Source of the DNA: an archaeon
Lineage (GTDB): Archaea > Iainarchaeota > Iainarchaeia > Iainarchaeales > 1-14-0-10-31-34
Direction: 5' to 3'
Length of the DNA stretch: 32,000 nt
Assembly: GCA_024277355.1 (NCBI GenBank)
Contig: JAJRVL010000011.1
Coordinates: 60,001-92,000 of the forward strand
Positions within the stretch are counted from its first letter, which is position 1, and the number at the start of each line of letters is the position of its first letter. The notes beneath the pieces are model-generated. The model did no database searches. It was not told where the DNA came from and saw nothing but the letters and a program-made list of their open reading frames with translations. Below are positions 10,186 through 18,122 of the stretch, one piece after another. The position numbers were made by a program, and so were the translations under genes.

Positions 10186-11172
10186 ATGGAAGCAAACGAA
10201 CTGAGAAAAGATTACTTAATGGATGAATGGTCAATTATATCCAAAAACCGTTCTTCACGCCCTTTTGATCATAAAACATCAGAAAAATTAAAAGAAACAG
10301 AAAAAATTGAAGTGGATGTAAACTGCCCTTTTTGTTTAGGAAATGAAAAACAGACTCCTCCTGAAATTTTCAGAACAGGAAGCAAAATTAAATGGAATTT
10401 ACGGGGATTTGCAAACAAATTTTCTGCAATGCAGACAGAAAAAGAATTTTCAATTCAAAAAAAAGGGTTGCTTGAATTTGATGATGCTTTTGGTTATCAT
10501 GAAGTAATAGTTGAAACAAATAATCATTCAAAAGAATTAGCTGAATTAAATAAACAGGAAATGACTGAATTATTTACTGCATACCAAGAAAGAGAAAACA
10601 AATTAAAGAAAAGAAAGGGAGTAAAACATGTTTTAATAATAAAAAATTTCGGCAAAGAATGCGGGGCTTCATTAAGGCATAATCATTCACAATTAATTAC
10701 TTTTCCTTTTGTTCCTCCAAAAATTGAATTAGAAATAAAAAAAGCAGAAGAATTTTTTAAAGAAAAAGGAAAAAACGTTTTTTTGGAAATAACTGAAACT
10801 GAAAGCAAAACAGAAAGAAAAGTATTTGAAAACGAAAATTTTGTTGCTTTTACTGCTTTTGCACCTAAATGGACTTATGAAACATGGATTACCCCAAAAA
10901 AACAATTTTCTAATTTAAGTGAAATGGATGAAAAAACATTGAAAGATTTAGGAGAAATAACTGAATTTGTTTTAAAAAAAATAAAGAAAAATTTAGGCAA
11001 TGCTTCATATAATTATTTTTTGCATGAATCAATGACACAAAATAAAGCTTATTGTTTTCATTTGAAAATCCAGCCAAACGTCAAAAAAATTTACGGCGGA
11101 ATAGAAAAAGCTTCAGATATAATTTTAATTGAAGTTTCTCCGGAACAAGCAGCAGAAGAACTAAGGAAATGA
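10186..11172 (+). CDS. galT: Galactose-1-phosphate uridylyltransferase (HIT superfamily)
   Basis: 'CPFCLGNEKQTPPEIFR', 'NFGKECGASLRHNHSQLITFPFVPP' and 'YNYFLHESMTQNKAYCFHLKIQP'. Confidence 0.88.
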   Translation: MEANELRKDYLMDEWSIISKNRSSRPFDHKTSEKLKETEKIEVDVNCPFCLGNEKQTPPEIFRTGSKIKWNLRGFANKFSAMQTEKEFSIQKKGLLEFDDAFGYHEVIVETNNHSKELAELNKQEMTELFTAYQERENKLKKRKGVKHVLIIKNFGKECGASLRHNHSQLITFPFVPPKIELEIKKAEEFFKEKGKNVFLEITETESKTERKVFENENFVAFTAFAPKWTYETWITPKKQFSNLSEMDEKTLKDLGEITEFVLKKIKKNLGNASYNYFLHESMTQNKAYCFHLKIQPNVKKIYGGIEKASDIILIEVSPEQAAEELRK

Positions 11173-11241
11173 AAACCTTAATCCATTAAATTTAATAAAA
11201 GAAAGAACAGATTATTAGTGGAAAAACTGTTTTGTGATTAA

Positions 11242-13023
11242 ATGGATTATGTTGTATTAGAAGCAAGCTATGAAGTAGCAAACAAAGTTGGCGGAATACA
11301 TACAGTTTTAACAAGCAAATCAGCAAGAATGCAGGAAAAAATTCCTGAATTTTATGAGATTGGACCTTACTACAAAAAAAAAGCACAAGTAGAATTTGAA
11401 GAAAAAGAAATTCCAAATAAATTTCATAAAACTTTTGTTGAAATGGAAAAAGAATTAGGAATAAAATGCTATTATGGAAACTGGGTTGTAGCAGAAAAAT
11501 CTCCAAATTGTATTTTAATTGACCATTTAAACTTAAAGAAAAAAACAAATGAAATAAAAAAAGAGTTATGGGATGCATTTAAAATTGATTCAATGGGAAC
11601 AGACGAATGGTTTAACGAACCGGTAATCTGGAGCAAAGCAGTCGGTTTACTAATAGAAAAACTAGAAAAAAATAAAGTTTTTGGAAATAAAAAAATTGTT
11701 TCACATTTTCATGAATATTTAAGCGGAACAGGATTACTGCATTTAAAAAAAATTAAAAGCAAAACAAAAACGGTTTTTACAACTCATGCAACAGTTTTAG
11801 GAAGAACAATAGCTGAATCAAGAAAACAGGATTTATATGAATTAATTGAAAAAGGATTTAAAGAAAAACAAACTGCATCAAATGAATTAGCTTATTCTTA
11901 TGGAGTTCAGTCAAAACATTTATTAGAAAAAGCATGTGCATTAAATGCTGATGTATTTACTTCAGTAAGCAAAGCAGTAGCAAAAGAATCAGAATTTATT
12001 TTAGGAAAAAAATGCGATTTAATTCTGCCTAATGGATTAGATTTAGATAAATTTCCAATAATGGAAGACTTAAGTATTTTACATAAACAATACAGAGACA
12101 GAATAAGGCATTTTATTGAAGCATATTTTTATCCATATTATTATTTTGACATAAAAAAAACTTTGTTTTATTTTATTGCGGGAAGATATGAATTCCACAA
12201 CAAAGGAATAGACTTGTTTATTGATGCCTTAGGAGAATTAAATAAAGAACTAAAAAAACAGAAATCAGATTTAAAAATAATTGCTTTTATCTGGATTGCA
12301 GAAGAAACAACAGCAAGAAATTTAGCTGTAATGGAAAACATGGTAATACACCAAACCATAGAAGATTTAATGGAAAGAGAACTGCCTAATATTCAAAGAC
12401 AATTATTTAGAAATTTAATGGAAGGCCAAAAACTGGAAACAAATTTATTTGAAAAAGACTTTTTATTAAATTCAAAAAAAATGGCTTTAAGATTAAAAAG
12501 CAAAAAAGAAGTTTTGCCTCCAATAAGTGCATTTGAAACAAGAGAAAATGAAATATTAAAATCAATTAAAAGAAATAATTTATTAAACAAAGAAGAAGAC
12601 AAAGTCAAAATCATTTATTATCCAACTTATTTAAGTACTGCAGATGGATTAATCGGATTAAATTATTATGAAGCAATAATCGGATCACATTACGGAATTT
12701 TTCCTTCTTATTATGAACCCTGGGGTTATACTCCATTAGAAACTGCTGCTTTAGCTGTTCCTTCTGTGACAACAGATTTAGGAGGATATGGGCAGTTTAT
12801 TGAAGAAACATTAGGAAAAAAAGCTGAAGGAAGTATTCAGGTATTAAAAAGAAAAGGAAAAACATACAAAGAAGAAGTAAAAGAAATGAAAAATAAAATG
12901 AAAGATATTTATTTAATGACAAAACAGCAGAGAATGCAGAAAAAAATTAATGCAAAAGAATATTCTTTTTTGGCTGACTGGCGAAACTTAATTGAAAATT
13001 ACATTAAAGCATATGAAAGCTAA
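11242..13023 (+). CDS. GT3-type (eukaryotic-like) glycogen synthase
   Basis: 'EASYEVANKVGGIHTVLTSKSA', 'HFHEYLSGTGLL', 'TTHATVLGRTIAE', 'LFYFIAGRYEFHNKGIDLFIDALGELN' and 'YYEPWGYTPLETAALAVPSVTTDLGGYG'. Confidence 0.88.
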   Translation: MDYVVLEASYEVANKVGGIHTVLTSKSARMQEKIPEFYEIGPYYKKKAQVEFEEKEIPNKFHKTFVEMEKELGIKCYYGNWVVAEKSPNCILIDHLNLKKKTNEIKKELWDAFKIDSMGTDEWFNEPVIWSKAVGLLIEKLEKNKVFGNKKIVSHFHEYLSGTGLLHLKKIKSKTKTVFTTHATVLGRTIAESRKQDLYELIEKGFKEKQTASNELAYSYGVQSKHLLEKACALNADVFTSVSKAVAKESEFILGKKCDLILPNGLDLDKFPIMEDLSILHKQYRDRIRHFIEAYFYPYYYFDIKKTLFYFIAGRYEFHNKGIDLFIDALGELNKELKKQKSDLKIIAFIWIAEETTARNLAVMENMVIHQTIEDLMERELPNIQRQLFRNLMEGQKLETNLFEKDFLLNSKKMALRLKSKKEVLPPISAFETRENEILKSIKRNNLLNKEEDKVKIIYYPTYLSTADGLIGLNYYEAIIGSHYGIFPSYYEPWGYTPLETAALAVPSVTTDLGGYGQFIEETLGKKAEGSIQVLKRKGKTYKEEVKEMKNKMKDIYLMTKQQRMQKKINAKEYSFLADWRNLIENYIKAYES

Positions 13024-13030
13024 TAATTTT

Positions 13031-13139
13031 TAATAAAACCTTTTTGAAAAGTTTGTTTTTGCAAAGCAAACTAATTTTTGATAAACCTTTTTTTTTAAAA
13101 AGATTTTTTTGATAAAACTTTTTCTGAAAAAGTTTTTTA
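13031..13139. terminator. Cluster of hairpin/T-run elements between convergent genes
   Basis: Perfect inverted repeat ACTTTTTCTGAAAAAGT (13117-13133) followed by T's. Two degenerate upstream copies share 'GATAAAAC(C)TTTTT..AAAAAG'. Confidence 0.45.
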
Positions 13140-13331
13140 TTCAGTTAAATAAAACTTGTTTTTTGAGATTCCAATTTTTCCTTCTCTTGCAAGCCAGCCT
13201 AAAGCAGCAAAAACATGTTCTGATTTAAGTTTAGTTGCTTTTTTTAACTGAACTGCATTCATTGGTTTTTTGTTGTTTAATACATTCCATACAGTTCCTG
13301 CTTTGCTTCCAAAATATTCATTTGATTCCAT
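13137..13331 (-). CDS. Small winged-helix protein, DUF2582-like
   Basis: 'GSKAGTVWNVLNNKKPMNAVQLKKATKLKSEHVFAALGWLAREGKIGISKNKFYLTE'. Confidence 0.7.
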   Translation of the reverse strand: MESNEYFGSKAGTVWNVLNNKKPMNAVQLKKATKLKSEHVFAALGWLAREGKIGISKNKFYLTE

Positions 13332-13388
13332 TTTATGCCCTCCTAAGAAAGTTAATTCATTAATATTGTAAAAAATAAATTATTAAAT

Positions 13389-14558
13389 CTATTGCAATCT
13401 TTGCTTTAAATCAGCTAAAACATTAGCATAATTCAAAAAAGATTCATAAGGAGAATCATAAGGATTGAAATATTTATGCACGTCTCCGTCAGCAAACCAT
13501 TTAGTGCACATATAATAAAAATGATCTGAAATCTGCAGTTTTCTCCAGTCCTGAATTAACTTTGGGTTTCTTGAAGCTAAAATTTTTTCTTCTAAAGATT
13601 TAATTTCGTTAAATGCCTGCTGCTGCATTTGATTTTCAAGCCATGCAGATAAATCTCTGTCAACATCAGCCCAAGAAGAAATATAAGGAACATCAAATTC
13701 TCCTACAACAGGAAAATCATTAATTATTTCTGAAGCAGTAGCAAACTCTAATTTTTTTGTTTTAAACATTTCTTTTGGAAGATGCTTTAAAAAATTAAAT
13801 ATTCCTGTTGACTCCCATTGATGTTCACCAAAAGTTTCATAATCCATAAATAAATTAATGCAATGCCCTTTGTTTTGTGAAAGCCATAAAGCATATTTAT
13901 CAGCAGTTAAAGGCCATTCATTCCAGTCTCTTGAAGAAAAACGAAAAGCAATATCATCTGAAAGCTTGTAATTTCTTAACAAAACTTTAATATTTGAATT
14001 TTTAGCTTTGTAAACATAATTAGGGGAACGCCAACCTAAAACAGAAGTTAAACCTTCAGATACAATTCCTTTAAAATTCATTTCTTCTGCTGCTTTAGCT
14101 ATTTCATTTGAATACATTGCTTCAGTGTTACGGAAAATTTTTGGTTTAACTCTAAAAACTTTCTTGAATTTCTTTGAATGCATTTTAACTTGTTTTACAA
14201 ATTCTTTTTGTGAAACTAAATAAGCTAAAGAATGATAATAAGTTTCATCAAATAATTCAACGTTCCCGGAATCAACTAATTTCTGAAATGATTCAACTAC
14301 TTCAGGAAAATGTTCTTCTAATTGATCTAAAAAAACTCCTGTAATGCTGAAACAAAATTTAAATTTGTCTCCGTGTTTTTCAATTAAATCCAGTAAAATT
14401 TTGTTTGTTGGGAGATAACATTTATTTGAAACTCTTTCTAAATAAAATTTATTTGCCAAATCATCAAAATAATTATTGTTTTTTCCTATGTCAAACAAAG
14501 AATAATTCCTTAAACGCAAAGGCTGATGAACATGAAAATAAAGACAAACTGCAGGCAT
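13389..14558 (-). CDS. Glycoside hydrolase family 57 (alpha-amylase/amylopullulanase-like)
   Basis: 'VCLYFHVHQPLRLRNYSLFDIG', 'FCFSITGVFLDQLEEH', 'GNVELFDETYYHSLAYL' and 'NLFMDYETFGEHQW'. Confidence 0.93.
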   Translation of the reverse strand: MPAVCLYFHVHQPLRLRNYSLFDIGKNNNYFDDLANKFYLERVSNKCYLPTNKILLDLIEKHGDKFKFCFSITGVFLDQLEEHFPEVVESFQKLVDSGNVELFDETYYHSLAYLVSQKEFVKQVKMHSKKFKKVFRVKPKIFRNTEAMYSNEIAKAAEEMNFKGIVSEGLTSVLGWRSPNYVYKAKNSNIKVLLRNYKLSDDIAFRFSSRDWNEWPLTADKYALWLSQNKGHCINLFMDYETFGEHQWESTGIFNFLKHLPKEMFKTKKLEFATASEIINDFPVVGEFDVPYISSWADVDRDLSAWLENQMQQQAFNEIKSLEEKILASRNPKLIQDWRKLQISDHFYYMCTKWFADGDVHKYFNPYDSPYESFLNYANVLADLKQRLQ

Positions 14559-15775
14559 TAAACAACCTCTTTGTAAATTTCAAGGCATTGATCTGCAACA
14601 GAACCCCAACTAAAAGACTGAAGTTCAGTAAAAGCATTATGTTTTAGTTCATGCGAAAGAGAACCATGTTCTAATACCCCAATTATTTTATTTGTTAATT
14701 GATTTACATCCCAAAAATCAACTTTAAAGCAATGATTAATCACTTCACTTACTCCTGATTGTTTTGAAATAATCACAGGATTCTTAGAAGCCATTGCCTC
14801 TAATGCAGTCAAACCAAAAGGCTCTGAAACAGAAGGCATAACAAACAAATCTGCAATAGAATAAAATTGTTTTACATTGTCTTGAAAACCAGAAAAAGAA
14901 ATTTTATCTGAAATGCCCATTGCAATAGCTTTATTGATTAAAGAAGAAAGCATGTCTCCGTCTCCAACAATAACAAAACGAGTATTAGGTTTAAATTGAA
15001 GAACTTGATATGCTGCTTCAAGAAACCAGTCAGGACCTTTTTGAATAGTTAATCTTCCTAAAAACAAAACAACTTTTTCATTTAAAGCAAAATTAGAATT
15101 ATCCACGATATAACTTGATTTATCTATTCCATTGTATACTACTTGAATTTTTTGTTCAGGAATATTATATCTTTCAATTAACTGGTTTTTCATGTAATTG
15201 CTTATTGTAATTACTTTATCTGCTTCAATTAAGCCGTTTCTTTCAACTTTACAGATTTTTTCATTAGGAAACTGATTTCCTGTCCTGTCAAATTCAGTTG
15301 AATGAATAGTAACAATTAAGGGCTTGTTTTTTGCTTTTTTTAATGCAATTCCTGCAGGAAAAGTCATCCAATCATGACAATGGATTACATCACAAGGTTT
15401 TGAAGTCATTTTTTTCACTGCAGAAACAGTATAACTTTTAACTTTAGAGAAAAAATCCATTCCATAAGCATTAATGTTTTTTTCAGCTTCATGCCTTTCA
15501 AGATCACTTTTAACTTCCTCAGAATAAATAATGTTATTTGAAGGAGAATAAGGATGAAAATCAAAGCCTTCAATTTCAATTAAATCTAAATGAGCATAAT
15601 CTTCTGCCTGAACAACTTCAATAAAACCCGGATTAATTTTTACGCCAGTAGAAGGCATAACAAAAGTAACTTTAGTTCCTTTTTTAGATAAAGCTTTAGT
15701 AAAACCAAATAAATAAGTGCCTAAACCTCCAGATTTAAATGGAGGAAACTCCCAACCAAGCATTAAAACATTCAT
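14558..15775 (-). CDS. Glycosyltransferase, GT4/glycogen-synthase-like
   Basis: 'MNVLMLGWEFPPFKSGGLGTYLFGFTKAL' (ATG 15775), 'VLFLGRLTIQKGPDWFLEAA' and 'MPSVSEPFGLTALEAMASKNPVIIS'. Shares 1 nt with the GH57 gene. Confidence 0.92.
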   Translation of the reverse strand: MNVLMLGWEFPPFKSGGLGTYLFGFTKALSKKGTKVTFVMPSTGVKINPGFIEVVQAEDYAHLDLIEIEGFDFHPYSPSNNIIYSEEVKSDLERHEAEKNINAYGMDFFSKVKSYTVSAVKKMTSKPCDVIHCHDWMTFPAGIALKKAKNKPLIVTIHSTEFDRTGNQFPNEKICKVERNGLIEADKVITISNYMKNQLIERYNIPEQKIQVVYNGIDKSSYIVDNSNFALNEKVVLFLGRLTIQKGPDWFLEAAYQVLQFKPNTRFVIVGDGDMLSSLINKAIAMGISDKISFSGFQDNVKQFYSIADLFVMPSVSEPFGLTALEAMASKNPVIISKQSGVSEVINHCFKVDFWDVNQLTNKIIGVLEHGSLSHELKHNAFTELQSFSWGSVADQCLEIYKEVV

Positions 15776-15929
15776 ATAATCAACCACTAACCTGCATGAT
15801 TTTCTCATAATTGTGCAGTTGGGTTACTAAAAAAACACAAGTCAATACTGCAAGGTAATATATGGGCTTAAGTTAAATAAAAGAGTTTGTGTTTGGAAAA
15901 ATTAACCAAAAAAATAAAACAAAAAAAGA

Positions 15930-15945
15930 TTTATACATAATTTTA
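15930..15945 (+). promoter_or_regulatory. TATA-like promoter element upstream of the PfkB-family gene
   Basis: TTTATACATAATTTTA; an identical 16-mer is found upstream of ispF at 23753. Confidence 0.4.
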
Positions 15946-15985
15946 CACAAAAACAATAAATACAATTACTTCGTATTCTTAAAGA

Positions 15986-16942
15986 ATGAAACCAAAAATT
16001 GCTTGTATTGGTTCTGCTACAGAAGACATTTTTGTTAAAACAGATGAATTTCATTTCAGAAAAGACAAAACCCATAAAGGAACAGATTTATGCCTTAAAT
16101 TAGGCAAAAAATTTGATATAGATGAAATTCACTTTGATTTTGGCGGAGGGGCATTAAATACTTCTTTAGGATTTAAAAAAATGGGTTTTGACACAAATGT
16201 ACTGGTTTCTTTAGGAAATGATTCAACTGCAAAAAAAATTGAAATAATTCTTAAAATGGAAAAAATTAATTTAATTAAAGTTCAGTCAGACAAAGAAACC
16301 GGTTTTTCAATTATATTCAGGAAACCTAAAGGAGACAGAACAATAATGACTTACCGAGGAGCAAACAATAAATGGAATGAAAAAGAAGTTGAATGGAATA
16401 AACTAAAAAAAATGAACTGGATTTACCTTTGTTCATTTGGAACTAATATTAAGTTTTTAGAAAAAATTGCTTTTTTCTGCAAAAAACACAAAATCAAATT
16501 AGTCTTTAATCCTGGTTTATCTCAAAGAAAACTTAAATTAGACAAAATGAAAAACATAGTAAAAAACTGTTATTCAATAATTTTGAATAAAGAAGAAATA
16601 ACTGAATGGACAAAAAAAAGAAATGAAATGGATGCAATGAGAGAATTAAATGAATTAGGAACAAAAATTATTGTGACAACAGACGGAAGAAAAGGAAGTT
16701 CTGCTTTTAATGGAAAAAAGTTTTTTAAACAAAAAGGATTTGATGTAAAAAGAGAAGATGTAACAGGAGCAGGAGATGCTTTTTCTGTTGGATTTATTGC
16801 AGGAATGGAAAAGAAAAAAAACATTAAAGACGCATTAAAAATTGGAACAGCTAATGCCTGTTCAACTATAACTAAAATCGGCGCACACAACGGAATATTA
16901 TCTTTTCCTAAATCAGAAGAATTTGTAAAAAAACATCAATGA
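15986..16942 (+). CDS. PfkB/ribokinase-family carbohydrate kinase
   Basis: 'FGGGALNTSLGFKKMGFDTNVLVSLGND' and anion-hole motif 'DVTGAGDAFSVGFIAGM'. Confidence 0.93.
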   Translation: MKPKIACIGSATEDIFVKTDEFHFRKDKTHKGTDLCLKLGKKFDIDEIHFDFGGGALNTSLGFKKMGFDTNVLVSLGNDSTAKKIEIILKMEKINLIKVQSDKETGFSIIFRKPKGDRTIMTYRGANNKWNEKEVEWNKLKKMNWIYLCSFGTNIKFLEKIAFFCKKHKIKLVFNPGLSQRKLKLDKMKNIVKNCYSIILNKEEITEWTKKRNEMDAMRELNELGTKIIVTTDGRKGSSAFNGKKFFKQKGFDVKREDVTGAGDAFSVGFIAGMEKKKNIKDALKIGTANACSTITKIGAHNGILSFPKSEEFVKKHQ

Positions 16943-17226
16943 CGTTTTGGTTTTATTGGATTTCGTATTCTGGAAATTGTTCTTTTTAATTTTAAGTTAT
17001 ATGCTTTGTGTTTTCTTTTTAAATAAATTTTATAATCAATTTTATTTAAATGTTTCTGAAACCATTGCTCTTTTGCAAAAGCTATTGAATGATTTTTGTT
17101 TTTTGCATTCCATCGGAATTCATTGAATTCTTTTTCAAACGCTTCTTTTGTAGGCCATGTTTTTTTGTCTGCCCCATATTTAAAAAAAGGTGCAAAAACT
17201 TTTTTTCCATTTAATTTAACATACAT
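16936..17226 (-). CDS. Small basic hypothetical protein
   Basis: 96-aa ORF, convergent and overlapping the end of the PfkB gene by 7 nt. Confidence 0.45.
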   Translation of the reverse strand: MYVKLNGKKVFAPFFKYGADKKTWPTKEAFEKEFNEFRWNAKNKNHSIAFAKEQWFQKHLNKIDYKIYLKRKHKAYNLKLKRTISRIRNPIKPKRH

Positions 17227-17318
17227 TAAAATAAATTATTGACTTGAAAATTTAAATGTTTTTCGAATATCTTCCAGAAAAATTTAAATAGTAAAAGAAT
17301 AATAGTATTAGTGATTAA

Positions 17319-17717
17319 ATGAAATTCTTTGAAGATTTAATTAAAAAACTAAAAAAAGAAACTAAATTTTTGTTTAACGGAATGAATACATATGAACTGC
17401 AGAGAACTAAAGGAAGCGAGTGTGCTGCAGTATTGTTAAGCGAAGTAAAACATTCTGATCATTATTTTTATTTGGATTCCAGTATTGCAATTAAAAGTTT
17501 ATGCGAATTATCCGACCATTTACAGGAAATGGATGCAGAAACATTCAGTAAACATGTAAATGAAGAAAAAAATGATTTTAGTGCGTGGGTTTCAAATACA
17601 ATTGGCGACAAGACTTTAGGAAAAAAAATGAATGAATTAAAAGAACAGGATGAAATTGCCAAAGCAGTTGAAATTAGAGTTAATTACATTAAAAGAAGAG
17701 CACAAAATAATTACTGA
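17319..17717 (+). CDS. Hypothetical protein, possibly DUF5752-like
   Basis: 'ECAAVLLSEVKHSDHYFYLDSSIAIKSLCELSDHLQEMDAETFSKHVNEEKNDFSAWVSNTIGD' gives a helical pattern reminiscent of that family. Confidence 0.5.
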   Translation: MKFFEDLIKKLKKETKFLFNGMNTYELQRTKGSECAAVLLSEVKHSDHYFYLDSSIAIKSLCELSDHLQEMDAETFSKHVNEEKNDFSAWVSNTIGDKTLGKKMNELKEQDEIAKAVEIRVNYIKRRAQNNY

Positions 17718-17731
17718 TTTTTATGCATTTA

Positions 17732-17995
17732 ATGCTGAAAGAAAAAGAAATTCTTGTAAGTATTTTAGATGAACCAAAAACAATTGAAGAAATACAATTA
17801 AAAGTTTTTTTAAGTTTTGGAGAAACAAGAGAATTAATAAGAAAACTAATTAAAGAAAAAAAAATTTCAAGAGAAAAAAGTTTTCCTGTAAAATATTCAG
17901 TTAAAAAAGAATTAAGAAAAAGCATTAAAGAAATTAAAAGAAAACTTGACTGGACTGAATTAGTTTCTGATGCGTGTTTTGTTTGTGATTACTAA
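17732..17995 (+). CDS. Small putative winged-helix protein with C-terminal CxxC
   Basis: 'MLKEKEILVSILDEPKTIEEIQLKVFLSFGETRELIRKLIKEKKISREK...SDACFVCDY'. The ORF also permits a start at 17723. Confidence 0.5.
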   Translation: MLKEKEILVSILDEPKTIEEIQLKVFLSFGETRELIRKLIKEKKISREKSFPVKYSVKKELRKSIKEIKRKLDWTELVSDACFVCDY

Positions 17996-18007
17996 AAAGT
18001 GAATTCA

Positions 18008-18112
18008 ATGACTGAAGAATTTGAAAACCAATTAAAAAAATTAGATGAAAGAATTAAAAAAGACTTAAAAAAAGAAAAGTCAATTCCTTCCTGCATTAGA
18101 TGCTGTAAATAA
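18008..18112 (+). CDS. Possible small protein with a Cys-rich C-terminus
   Basis: My translation: MTEEFENQLKKLDERIKKDLKKEKSIPSCIRCCK*. Not in the ORF track (34 aa) and directly follows the previous gene. Confidence 0.3.
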   Translation: MTEEFENQLKKLDERIKKDLKKEKSIPSCIRCCK

Positions 18113-18122
18113 AAAAAATAGT

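Noticed and set aside
11192-11578. 128-aa minus-strand ORF over the start of the GT3 gene
   Set aside because: Phe/Leu-rich antisense artefact overlapping recognised glycogen synthase motifs.
14405-14647. Plus-strand ORF spanning the GH57/GT4 junction
   Set aside because: Both opposite-strand genes have clear motifs here; this ORF has no plausible protein features.
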